DNA of 15,720 bases from Candidatus Methylomirabilis sp. (GTDB lineage Bacteria; Methylomirabilota; Methylomirabilia; Methylomirabilales; Methylomirabilaceae): assembly GCA_041498975.1 (NCBI GenBank), contig JBGQJI010000052.1, forward strand, positions 1 through 15,720, given 5' to 3'. Numbering within the stretch: the stretch's first letter is position 1; each line of letters opens with the position of its first letter. Below the pieces are notes generated by a model that did no database searches, had not been told where the DNA came from, and saw only the letters and a list, made by a program, of their open reading frames with translations. The translations under genes were made by a program, and so were the position numbers. This document shows, in pieces, positions 1 to 7,621 of this stretch.

Positions 1-122
1 CCATCGACGAGTACATTCACGTGCACAATGCGCAGCCGAAGCCCTTCGTGTGGACGGCCTCGGCTGAGAAGATCCTGGCGAAGGTCGGCAAGTGTAAAGC
101 CATTTTCGACACACTACACTAG
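1..122 (+). mobile_element. 3' end of IS630-family transposase gene and IS right end (partial)
   Basis: Frame from nt 3 reads IDEYIHVHNAQPKPFVWTASAEKILAKVGKCKAIFDTLH*. The N-x-x-PKPFVWT...ILAKV tail is typical of IS630 transposases. The stop TAG (120-122) falls in CACTAG, matching IS630 ends with a TA target. Not in the ORF track because it is truncated by the window. Confidence 0.85.
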
Positions 123-179
123 CAGTATATCCAGATACCAGCCCGCCGTATAGCACGCTCACCGAACCTCCACCCGGGC

Positions 180-230
180 AGTGTCCCAGTTTGAAATCCT
201 TGCGGACTTGTCCATCAAATTGGGACACTA
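180..230. repeat. 50-bp inverted repeat / minimal MITE-like element
   Basis: AGTGTCCCAGTTTGA (180-194) and TCAAATTGGGACACT (215-229) are 14/15 reverse complements. The right end reads ACACTA, like the adjacent IS end. Confidence 0.6.
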
Positions 231-310
231 CCTCTGCTGGGCCTTTCGCCCTTTCTCGTTTCCTCATGCCCGGGAGATCGAAGGGGGGGTAGGGGGACGA
301 GACTTTTCAA

Positions 311-339
311 TTGCGCTTGGGGATCGGGGGGCGTACTAT
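311..339 (+). promoter_or_regulatory. putative sigma70 promoter of the FKBP gene
   Basis: TTGCGC (311-316), 17-nt spacer, TACTAT (334-339). Confidence 0.5.
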
Positions 340-396
340 TGCTGGTACATTTGAGTGGATACGGTGCCTAGGCTAACACGCGATGGAGGACGAAGG

Positions 397-963
397 ATGC
401 TGAAGACCAAGGTTGCTTCGATCCTTGTGGCCATGCTGGTGATGGTGGCGGCACTGGGGGCAGGGCTCGCCCTTGCCGAGTCGCCAGAAAAGGAGCCGGC
501 CAAGGCCAAGGTGGCCGATCCGGTGATTCAAAATGGCTCCACCGTGCAGTTGGAATACACGCTGACCGATAAGGAAGGCAAGATTCTCGACACCAATAAG
601 GGGCAGGAGCCTCTCACCTACACCCAGGGTGAAGCGCAGATCATTCCCGGGCTGGAGAAGGCCCTGAAAGGGCTGCACGCCGGCGACCAGAAACATGTCG
701 TCGTCCCGCCAGAAGAGGCGTATGGCCCCATCAAGCCCGAGGCCGTCATCGAGGTTCCGAAAGAACGGATCCCGCCAGACTCCCTGAAGGTTGGGACCCG
801 TCTCATGGCCAGAAATCAGCAAGGGAGCGGCTCGCCGATCCCGCTACTGGTCAAGGAGGTCAAGGAGAAGACGGTTGTCTTGGACGCCAACCATCCTCTG
901 GCCGGAATGACCCTGACGTTCGACGTCAAGATCGTCAGCGTCGATCCCGCCCCGGCCAAGTAG
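397..963 (+). CDS. SlyD-like FKBP-type peptidyl-prolyl cis-trans isomerase with N-terminal signal peptide
   Basis: Motifs VQLEYTL, IIPGLEKAL, VPPEEAYG, insert-in-flap region, DANHPLAGMTLTFDVKI. GGAGGA at 385-390 favours ATG 397 over GTG 355. N-terminus is basic then hydrophobic, ending ALA. Confidence 0.9.
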   Translation: MLKTKVASILVAMLVMVAALGAGLALAESPEKEPAKAKVADPVIQNGSTVQLEYTLTDKEGKILDTNKGQEPLTYTQGEAQIIPGLEKALKGLHAGDQKHVVVPPEEAYGPIKPEAVIEVPKERIPPDSLKVGTRLMARNQQGSGSPIPLLVKEVKEKTVVLDANHPLAGMTLTFDVKIVSVDPAPAK

Positions 964-1280
964 ACGCATCAGGCCGCCATCTGCCCAACCTGCATATTCT
1001 CCCCAGAGACCCACGCGCCTCGGCCGTTGCAATGGTGAAACGCCAGTGATGGTCGAAGAGACTATTACTCAGGTGGCGCTGTGTCATGCATGCTGGCGGC
1101 ATCTCGGCCCGCGATATTGACCCCCTCGGTTCGATGGGTTGGCCCTCGACGGCCTCACTAGCTATCGACGTCCCTCGGCTCAGGCGATTTGGGTAGCTCA
1201 TGACGCTGGATAGGGTTCCTGGCTCCGCGTGAAGGGGCGGCAGCCTTCTGTAAAACCCAGGGCGTAGTGGAGAAGTGACC

Positions 1281-2870
1281 ATGAAGACGCCGCTTTCGCT
1301 GCTTGATCCGGTCGTGGCCGCTGTCGCCCGATGGCGCACGTCCCTCCACAAAAAACTGCTGATCGGCTTCCTCCTGATCGTGTTCCTCTTGCTGGGGACG
1401 GCCATCCTCGGACTTCTGCTCATCCAGCGCGCCGGCGCCCAAGCGCACCGGATTGCGAGCCTCACCGACCGGGTGGTCACCGCGGGGCGCATGGAGTACG
1501 CGATCACGGCATCGATGCATTTCAGGGCGATGCACCTGCTGACCGGCGATCCGGCGAACGACCGGAAGCTCGTGATGGCCCGCGAGAACTTTTCGACGCT
1601 GCTCGGATCACTGGAGGCCACGGCCGAGGGACAGGAGCGAGAGGTGATCCGGAAGATCCATGAGGCCAGCCTCAAGTTCGCCATGGCGGGCCAGCAGGTG
1701 GATGGTCGCGCGCACGGGAAGGATCTGCCGGCAGCCATGACGATCCACCTGAAGGAAGAGCACCCCTTTTCTCACGATCTCGAGGCGCTCGCCCGTGAAC
1801 TGGTCCGCATCGCCACCGAGCGTCGGGACGAGAGCCTGCGTGCCGTCGAGCGAGACAATGCGGCCGGGAAGGCGCTCCTTGGCGGTGCCGGGCTTGCCAG
1901 CATCGGCCTCGCGCTCTTCCTTGGCTATGTGCTCACATGGCCGGTCATCGGCGCGGTCCAGCGCCTCAACGAGCACATGGGCCACGTCTCACGGGGGGAG
2001 TTCCAGCAGGAGATTAGCATCCCGAACCGCGATGAGTTCGAGGGGCTGGCAGAGAAGGCCAACGAAATGATGCGTGCGCTTGCACAGGCGCGCGCGGAGC
2101 TCATGCGCGAGCATGAGGCCGTGAAGGAACAGGCCAGGAGGCTGGACGAGGTCAACCGGCAGTTGGAGGGGCGGGTCCGGACACAAGTGGACGAGCTCGA
2201 GCGAACACGGCGCCTCGGCAGCTATTTGGCGCCGCAGGTCGTCCGGGCGATCACGTCGGGAGAGAGCGCGTTCGCGATGGCCAATGCGCGGAAGCAGCTC
2301 ACCATCTTCTTCGCCGATATCCGGGGCTTTACGGCGTTTTCGGACATGGCCGAGCCCGAAGAGGTGATCGCCATCCTCAATACCTACCTGTCGAAGATGA
2401 CCGACCTGGTCTTCAAGTACGAGGGGACGCTCGATAAATTCCTCGGCGACGGGATGCTGGTGTTCTTCAACGATCCGGTGCCCCAGCCCGACCATGCCAA
2501 GCGGGCGGTACAGATGGCGATGGACATGCAGGAGAGGGCAAGGGAGATCGGCAGCGAGTGGTCGATCGGCGACTCGCCGCTCAGGCTGGGGATCGGGATC
2601 ACTACCGGCTACGTGACCGTGGGGACGATCGGCTCAGAGCACCGCATGGAGTATACGGTCGTGGGGACACAGGTCAACCTGGCGGCACGGCTCGTCAGCA
2701 TCGCGGAGCCTGGTCAGATCATCGTCAACCAGCGAACGTTTGAACTGGTCCGGGACCTGGTGGATATGGTCGAGGTGGGACCGTTCACCGTCAAGGGCTT
2801 CCAGAAACCGGTGGTGGCCTACAGCGTGCTCGGCGTGAAGGGGGGCCCGCGCATCCACGGGGCCGCCTGA
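1281..2870 (+). CDS. membrane adenylate/guanylate cyclase (TM - extracytoplasmic helical sensor - TM - HAMP - coiled coil - class III cyclase)
   Basis: Cyclase motifs FADIRGFT, DKFLGDG, EYTVVGTQVNLAARL; HAMP-like NRDEFEGLAEKANEM; two hydrophobic segments. GGAG at 1269-1272; GTG 1275 is an alternative start. Lys/Thr specificity residues indicate ATP substrate (class IIIb). Confidence 0.92.
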   Translation: MKTPLSLLDPVVAAVARWRTSLHKKLLIGFLLIVFLLLGTAILGLLLIQRAGAQAHRIASLTDRVVTAGRMEYAITASMHFRAMHLLTGDPANDRKLVMARENFSTLLGSLEATAEGQEREVIRKIHEASLKFAMAGQQVDGRAHGKDLPAAMTIHLKEEHPFSHDLEALARELVRIATERRDESLRAVERDNAAGKALLGGAGLASIGLALFLGYVLTWPVIGAVQRLNEHMGHVSRGEFQQEISIPNRDEFEGLAEKANEMMRALAQARAELMREHEAVKEQARRLDEVNRQLEGRVRTQVDELERTRRLGSYLAPQVVRAITSGESAFAMANARKQLTIFFADIRGFTAFSDMAEPEEVIAILNTYLSKMTDLVFKYEGTLDKFLGDGMLVFFNDPVPQPDHAKRAVQMAMDMQERAREIGSEWSIGDSPLRLGIGITTGYVTVGTIGSEHRMEYTVVGTQVNLAARLVSIAEPGQIIVNQRTFELVRDLVDMVEVGPFTVKGFQKPVVAYSVLGVKGGPRIHGAA

Positions 2871-2990
2871 TTGGCCCGGTCGAGAACCCTCTTCCTTCCT
2901 TTTACCCGCGGACAAGTTCTGGATCATTCGAAGTGAGGCTTGCTGCTCTCAAAGCGGTCGGGTGAGTGGTGGGCACCTTGCGCGCGGGCG

Positions 2991-3899
2991 TCACTCAAGG
3001 TAGACGAGCCCCTGGCGGTCGATGTCCAGGAGGCGCACGCTGTTCTCGATGCCGAACTCACGGCGCCAGCGTTCGCTCATGCGGCGACCGATCTCATCGC
3101 CGTCCCCGCTCACCAACGCCAAGAGCGTAGACCCCGCACCGCTGAGAAAGGCGGCCAGCGCGCCAGCCCGGCGCCCCTCCTCGATGATCGCTTCCATCCC
3201 GGGCAGCAGGCCTGCCCGGTACGGCTGGTGGAGGCGGTCCTCTGACCCGGCTGCCAATAGATCGAGGCGATCGGTGGACAGGCCCGCCAACAGAAGGGCG
3301 AGGCGTGTCAGGTTGAAGACCGCGTCCTGGAATGGGACCTGCTTGGGCAGCACCTCGCGGGCGCGTTTCGTGGCCATCTCCAGCGTCGGAATCACCGCCA
3401 CGGCCCTCAGGTGATCGGGGACCGGAACTCTCCCAAAGGCGACGCGACCGTCGATGATGGCGGATGCGGTCAGGCCACCGATGAGGGCCGGGGTGATGTT
3501 ATCCGGGTGACCTTCGAAGGGAAGGGCTCGAACGAGGATCTCGTCCGGTGACAGCTCGACGCCGGCCAGGCGCGTCGCGGCGGCGATCCCGCCGACGCAG
3601 GCTGCAGCACTGCTCCCAAGGCCGCGCCGCAGAGGAATCCGGTTGATCTGGCGCACCCTGAGTCCGGAGAGATTGGCGCCGAATTCCCCCAGTATCGCCT
3701 GAACCGCTCGAACCACTAGGTTCTGCGTGCCCGCCTTTTCCAGGGCGGCCTTTCCCTCGCCTTCCACAAGAAGCTGCACCCCCTGGCCCTCGTCGGTCAG
3801 CTCGATCTCGTTGTAGAGGCCGAGCGCCATCCCCAGCGTGTCGAACCCGGAACCAAGGTTGGCCGTGGAGGCCGGCACCCGCACTCTCGCCCGTCGCAT
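2991..3899 (-). CDS. thrB: homoserine kinase (GHMP family)
   Basis: Motifs VPASTANLGSGFDTLG, IPLRRGLGSSAAA, EGHPDN, DRLHQPYR, LSGAGST. SD GAAGGAG upstream of ATG 3899. Confidence 0.95.
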   Translation of the reverse strand: MRRARVRVPASTANLGSGFDTLGMALGLYNEIELTDEGQGVQLLVEGEGKAALEKAGTQNLVVRAVQAILGEFGANLSGLRVRQINRIPLRRGLGSSAAACVGGIAAATRLAGVELSPDEILVRALPFEGHPDNITPALIGGLTASAIIDGRVAFGRVPVPDHLRAVAVIPTLEMATKRAREVLPKQVPFQDAVFNLTRLALLLAGLSTDRLDLLAAGSEDRLHQPYRAGLLPGMEAIIEEGRRAGALAAFLSGAGSTLLALVSGDGDEIGRRMSERWRREFGIENSVRLLDIDRQGLVYLE

Positions 3900-4014
3900 C
3901 GATTCCAGTCTCCTTCGCACCCACATCGCAGGTGGGCGGCCCCCACCATATACCGCAATTCTCCCGCCGCCGCAAGGAGTTCCTGGCAGGGAGGTGCGCG
4001 TCGGGCAAATCTCC

Positions 4015-4043
4015 TTGACTCGGTCGGGGTTTGTCGTTATAAG
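4015..4043 (+). promoter_or_regulatory. putative sigma70 promoter of proC-yggT-yggU
   Basis: TTGACT (4015-4020), 17-nt spacer, TATAAG (4038-4043). SD AAGGAG at 4066-4071. Confidence 0.6.
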
Positions 4044-4075
4044 ACGAAAGACTGTCGCAGGCGAAAAGGAGCGAG

Positions 4076-4891
4076 ATGTTACAGGGCCAGACCATCGGAT
4101 TCATCGGAGCCGGCAACATGGCCGAGGCCATGATCCGCGGCCTGCTCGAGGCCAGGCTTGTCAGCGCCGGTCAACTCATGGCCTCAGATATCGTCGAGGC
4201 CAGGCGGCAGCACATCCATCAGCGCTACGGCGTTCAGACGCTTGCCGAGGGCCGCGAGGTGGCGGCGAAGGCGTCGATCCTGATCCTGGCAGTGAAACCC
4301 CAGGACATGGAGCCGGCGCTGAATGGGATCGCGGCTTCCGTCGATCAGACCAAGACGATCATCTCGATTGCCGCCGGCACCTCGATCGCCTTCATCGCGG
4401 AGCGCCTCCCGGCAAAGGCCCGGATCATACGGGTGATGCCGAATGCGCCGGCTCTGGTTCTGGCCGGTGCCGCAGGAATCGCCAAAGGCGAGCATGCGAC
4501 TGCCCGGGACTTGCAGCTCGCCGAGACGATCTTCGCGGCCGTCGGAAAGGCGGTCGTCGTCGAGGAAAAGCATCTCGATGCGGTCACGGGGCTGAGCGGC
4601 AGCGGCCCGGCCTATGTCTTCCTGTTCGTCGAAGCGCTGACAGATGCCGGCGTGAAGATGGGGCTCACACGTGACGTGGCCAGGGTTCTGGCCGCGCAGA
4701 CCGTCCTGGGTGCTGCGAAGATGCTCCTCGAAAGCGGGCGCCATCCGGCCGAGCTGAAAGACATGGTCGCCTCTCCCGGAGGGACCACCATCGCCGGCCT
4801 GCATGCCCTGGAACGCGGCGGACTTCGCGGGATCCTGATGGAGGCGGTTGAGGCGGCCACGACTAGGTCCCGTGAACTCGGCAAACGCTAG
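4076..4891 (+). CDS. proC: pyrroline-5-carboxylate reductase
   Basis: Motifs GFIGAGNMAEA, LAVKPQ, SIAAG, RVMPN, TGLSGSGPAY, VASPGGTTIAGL. Confidence 0.97.
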   Translation: MLQGQTIGFIGAGNMAEAMIRGLLEARLVSAGQLMASDIVEARRQHIHQRYGVQTLAEGREVAAKASILILAVKPQDMEPALNGIAASVDQTKTIISIAAGTSIAFIAERLPAKARIIRVMPNAPALVLAGAAGIAKGEHATARDLQLAETIFAAVGKAVVVEEKHLDAVTGLSGSGPAYVFLFVEALTDAGVKMGLTRDVARVLAAQTVLGAAKMLLESGRHPAELKDMVASPGGTTIAGLHALERGGLRGILMEAVEAATTRSRELGKR

Positions 4892-5063
4892 TGCCGTTCC
4901 AATTAACTTCGCCTAGCGGCGTTGCTGGCCCCTAGGGCGCTTCCTGCGACGTACCGGAGTATGTACGTCTCGGTCGGCCCTAGGGTCCGCGCCTTGCTAT
5001 GCTCGTTTCTTGGCCCGGCACGATGTCCCACCAAGTTAGGTCGAAATAGTTGGGGAGCACCAG
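4888..5063. mobile_element. MITE-like structured element inserted at the proC stop codon
   Basis: Left end CTAGTGCCGTTCCAA is identical to the left end of the 5378-5485 element. The degenerate right end (5042-5063) reverse-complements to CTGGTGCTCCCCAACTATTTCG. The interior has nested inverted repeats. Confidence 0.65.
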
Positions 5064-5072
5064 GGAGGGCGA

Positions 5073-5381
5073 ATGTTCATCGCCAGCAACCTGTTAAACG
5101 CTCTGGCCACGGTCCTGGACATGGCGCTCACCGCGTACTATTGGATCATCATCATCCGGGCGATCGTTTCCTGGGTCAATCCGGACCCCTGGAACCCGAT
5201 CGTCCAATTCCTCTATCGCGCCACCGACCCGGTTCTTCGCCCGATCCAGCGATGGCTGCCGACGCGGGGGTGGGGAATAGACTTTTCTCCGCTTGTGGCC
5301 ATCCTGTTGATCATCTTCGTGCAGAGGTTCTTGGTCGCTTCCATTCAGGAACTCGCCTGGAAACTCCGCGAGTGCTGCTAG
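5073..5381 (+). CDS. yggT: YggT family membrane protein
   Basis: IIIIRAIVSWVNPDPWNPIVQFLYRATDPVLRPI...GIDFSPLVAIL is the YggT pattern. SD GGAGG at 5064-5068. Follows proC as in the conserved cluster. Confidence 0.93.
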   Translation: MFIASNLLNALATVLDMALTAYYWIIIIRAIVSWVNPDPWNPIVQFLYRATDPVLRPIQRWLPTRGWGIDFSPLVAILLIIFVQRFLVASIQELAWKLRECC

Positions 5382-5485
5382 TGCCGTTCCAACGGTTTCG
5401 CCAAAAAAGAGATAGCCATTTTTTCTATCACCGCTCGGTAGGCTACCCGTGCGAGATTCGCCGCAACAAGTTGGAACGGTACTAG
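5378..5485. mobile_element. 108-bp MITE with 16-bp terminal inverted repeats bounded by CTAG
   Basis: CTAGTGCCGTTCCAAC (5378-5393) and GTTGGAACGGTACTAG (5470-5485) are 15/16 reverse complements. CTAG/TA at both ends fits a target duplication. Confidence 0.8.
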
Positions 5486-5787
5486 TTCGGCAGGAGGGGG
5501 AAGACGTCTCCTTTCGAGTTCACCTACAGCCGAAGGCGTCCCGTGAAGGGATCGTCGGGGAAGCCGACGGGATCCTGAAGCTCCGGGTGACCGCTCCGCC
5601 GGTGAACGGACGGGCCAATGAAGCCTGTCTCCGCCTGCTGGCCAAAGCTCTCGTCCTGCCGATCTCCCGCCTCCATATCAGCGCCGGTCACCACTCCCGC
5701 CTCAAGACAATCCAGATCACCGGGGCCTCCGCCGACGCAATCCGCGCCACACTCCACGACCTGCTTGAAGGATTGTCGTTACCTTAA
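5449..5787 (+). CDS. yggU: DUF167 / UPF0235 (YggU-like) protein, 5' end interrupted by MITE
   Basis: Motifs VHLQPKASR, LKLRVTAPPVNGRANEA, G-x-x-SRLK. The GTG at 5449 lies inside the MITE; the probable ancestral start is GTG 5372. Confidence 0.82.
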   Translation: MRDSPQQVGTVLVRQEGEDVSFRVHLQPKASREGIVGEADGILKLRVTAPPVNGRANEACLRLLAKALVLPISRLHISAGHHSRLKTIQITGASADAIRATLHDLLEGLSLP

Positions 5788-5960
5788 CCTGCTCTCAGGT
5801 CCTGCTGCTCCCAACCATACCCGCGCGGCTTTTCATGACGGCAAGAGGTGTGCAGATCCCGAAGTGGGTTCGCCGGGTAACAGCCGAGAATGCGGCGATA
5901 AGGCGAGACGTTAGCGGCGTGCCCAGAATCTCCAAATGGCGACACCCCCCTATCTGAGTT

Positions 5961-5994
5961 GGGATTGCTTCCTCGCTGCGCTGCTCGCAACGGC
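5961..5994 (-). repeat. REP-like palindromic unit (GTC-tagged type)
   Basis: Reverse complement GCCGTTGCGAGCAGCGCAGCGAGGAAGCAATCCC closely matches GTCGTTGCGAGGCGCAGCCGAAGCAATCTC at 12110-12139. Confidence 0.65.
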
Positions 5995-6042
5995 TCCGAG
6001 GGCGCTGTGACTCGGGAGGACCTGGCCTTGGGGATTCGGCGG

Positions 6043-6891
6043 TCACCACCCGCCACTGGCGCCTCCCCCGCCACTGGATCCCCCTCCGAAGCCGCCAAAG
6101 CCGCCGGAATCGCCGGAGCCGAATCCACCACCTGACCACCCTCCGCCGTGCGGAGCGACGGGGAAGCCCAGGAAACGATTCCGGAACCGCCGTCCGCCGC
6201 GCCAGCCGCGGACTGCGCGCTCCTGGGCGATGGCAATGCCGATCAAGCCGATCAGCAAGAACAGGAAGAAGATAGTCGCCTTGGAGACCAGTCGCCGTTG
6301 CCCGACTTCCAGCCGGCTGATAGTCGGCTTGGAACGCGGCGCGTGGGGTGTTGTGAGCTCGATCTGCTTCTGCCTCGCGATCGTCTCGACGATCTGTCCA
6401 ACGCCTGTCTCGATCCCCTCGGCGAATCGGCCCTGCCGGAAGCGGGGCGTGATGGTCTCGCGGATGATTTCGCCGGCCAGTCCGTCGGGGATCGTTCCCT
6501 CCAATCCATACCCGACCTCGATCCGGATCTTCCGTTCGTTCCGGGCGACCAGGAGCAGCACCCCCTCATCCTTCCCTTTCTTGCCGATCCCCCAGGTCTG
6601 GAACAACTCCACCGCAACCTCCTCGACGGACCGTCCGCCGAGGGTTGGCAGGGTGACAACGGCGATCTCGACGCCGCTCTTCCGCTCCACCTCCGTCAGC
6701 AGCCGCTCTAACTGATTCCTTGCCGTGGTATCGAGAAAGCCCGCCTTGTCCGTCACCCATCCTTCGGGTTTCGGAAATGCGACAGCAGCAGACGCGTATT
6801 CGAGGAGCAAGCCGAGGCAACTGGAAAGAGAGATTGCAATGCAGAGAGAGACAAGGAAGGTGGGAAGGGCGGGGCGACGGTTACGCCGCAT
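6043..6891 (-). CDS. TPM-domain (YgcG/DUF477-like) membrane protein with Gly-rich tail
   Basis: Motifs WVTDKAGFL, EIAVVT, WGIGKKGKDEGVLLLVA, RIEVGYGLEG; a TM helix; C-terminal GGFGGFGGGSSGGGGASGGW. Confidence 0.93.
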   Translation of the reverse strand: MRRNRRPALPTFLVSLCIAISLSSCLGLLLEYASAAVAFPKPEGWVTDKAGFLDTTARNQLERLLTEVERKSGVEIAVVTLPTLGGRSVEEVAVELFQTWGIGKKGKDEGVLLLVARNERKIRIEVGYGLEGTIPDGLAGEIIRETITPRFRQGRFAEGIETGVGQIVETIARQKQIELTTPHAPRSKPTISRLEVGQRRLVSKATIFFLFLLIGLIGIAIAQERAVRGWRGGRRFRNRFLGFPVAPHGGGWSGGGFGSGDSGGFGGFGGGSSGGGGASGGW

Positions 6892-7621
6892 CGACCAGCC
6901 CGATCACGCGCTCCCACTCAACGATGAGGCGGCCGAGGAGCCGATTGAGATCAGCGGTGGCGAGCGGCCTTGATCCCTGCTTGTGAGCAAGCAGGGTGAC
7001 GAACAGGTCTGGATCAAGATGGTGCCTAGCTACGATGGCATCCACCACAGTGGCATCAGTGCTCGGGACAGGATAGCCGCCTAGACGCAGGACGGCGCGA
7101 AAGACCGGAAGCAGGGAGGTGAGCGAGCCGGCGAGGATCCTCGCCAGAGTGTTCCTCCGATCGCCCAGTTCCAGGTACTCTTGCCTGAGCCGGATCAATC
7201 TGGCATGGAGCTCTCGCTTGCACTGGGCGCGGACATGATCGGGTTCGACCTGGATTGCGGCAAGCGGGTTGGACCCGTAGAGCAGCCGTCCGAACTCCTT
7301 GATGTCCGACAGCTCAAGCGGGAAGACACGGCTGGCCAAGCGCACCTCGCCGGCCGTCAGCAAGAGAGGAGTGATCCTGAGCGTTTTCCATCGGTGAAAC
7401 AGCTTCGCCGCAGCAGCTAAGTCGTCCACTCCGAGTGATTGAAGGACTATCAGCAGGTTCAGATCAGACCTTCCGGGGATGAATTCGCCCCGCGCCGCGC
7501 TCCCATAGAGAAAGACCGCTACGAGCTGGCGACGGTAGAGCCGCTCCAGCCCTTCGACGACCTCCCGAAGTTGTCGCTCCTCCGTCGCTCCAATGCCGGG
7601 AGAATTAGCGGCCGTGTTCAT
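6881..7621 (-). CDS. nucleotidyltransferase-fold (Pol-beta superfamily) protein
   Basis: VFLYGSAARGEFIPGRSDLNLLIVL (GS...D-x-N), FPLELSDIK...LLYG, helical C-terminal half. Overlaps both neighbours (ATGA upstream, 11 nt downstream). Confidence 0.8.
   Translation of the reverse strand: MNTAANSPGIGATEERQLREVVEGLERLYRRQLVAVFLYGSAARGEFIPGRSDLNLLIVLQSLGVDDLAAAAKLFHRWKTLRITPLLLTAGEVRLASRVFPLELSDIKEFGRLLYGSNPLAAIQVEPDHVRAQCKRELHARLIRLRQEYLELGDRRNTLARILAGSLTSLLPVFRAVLRLGGYPVPSTDATVVDAIVARHHLDPDLFVTLLAHKQGSRPLATADLNRLLGRLIVEWERVIGLVDAA

Noticed and set aside
964..1274. 311-nt gap upstream of the cyclase as a possible riboswitch
   Set aside because: I found no recognisable aptamer motif, strong stem or well-spaced promoter by eye. 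An Rfam scan would be needed.
4922..5485. 187-aa ORF spanning both MITEs and yggT
   Set aside because: Runs through repeat DNA and an alternative frame of yggT. Only its last part is informative, as the displaced yggU start.
4887..5485. Possible CRISPR array or attL/attR pair from the repeated 16-mer
   Set aside because: Only two direct copies 490 nt apart with inverted partners, flanking a housekeeping gene. No regular spacers, cas genes or integrase.
5784..6236. Minus-strand 150-aa and 114-aa ORFs over the yggU/TPM gap
   Set aside because: Alternative frames of the TPM Gly-rich tail running into repeat DNA, with low-complexity products.
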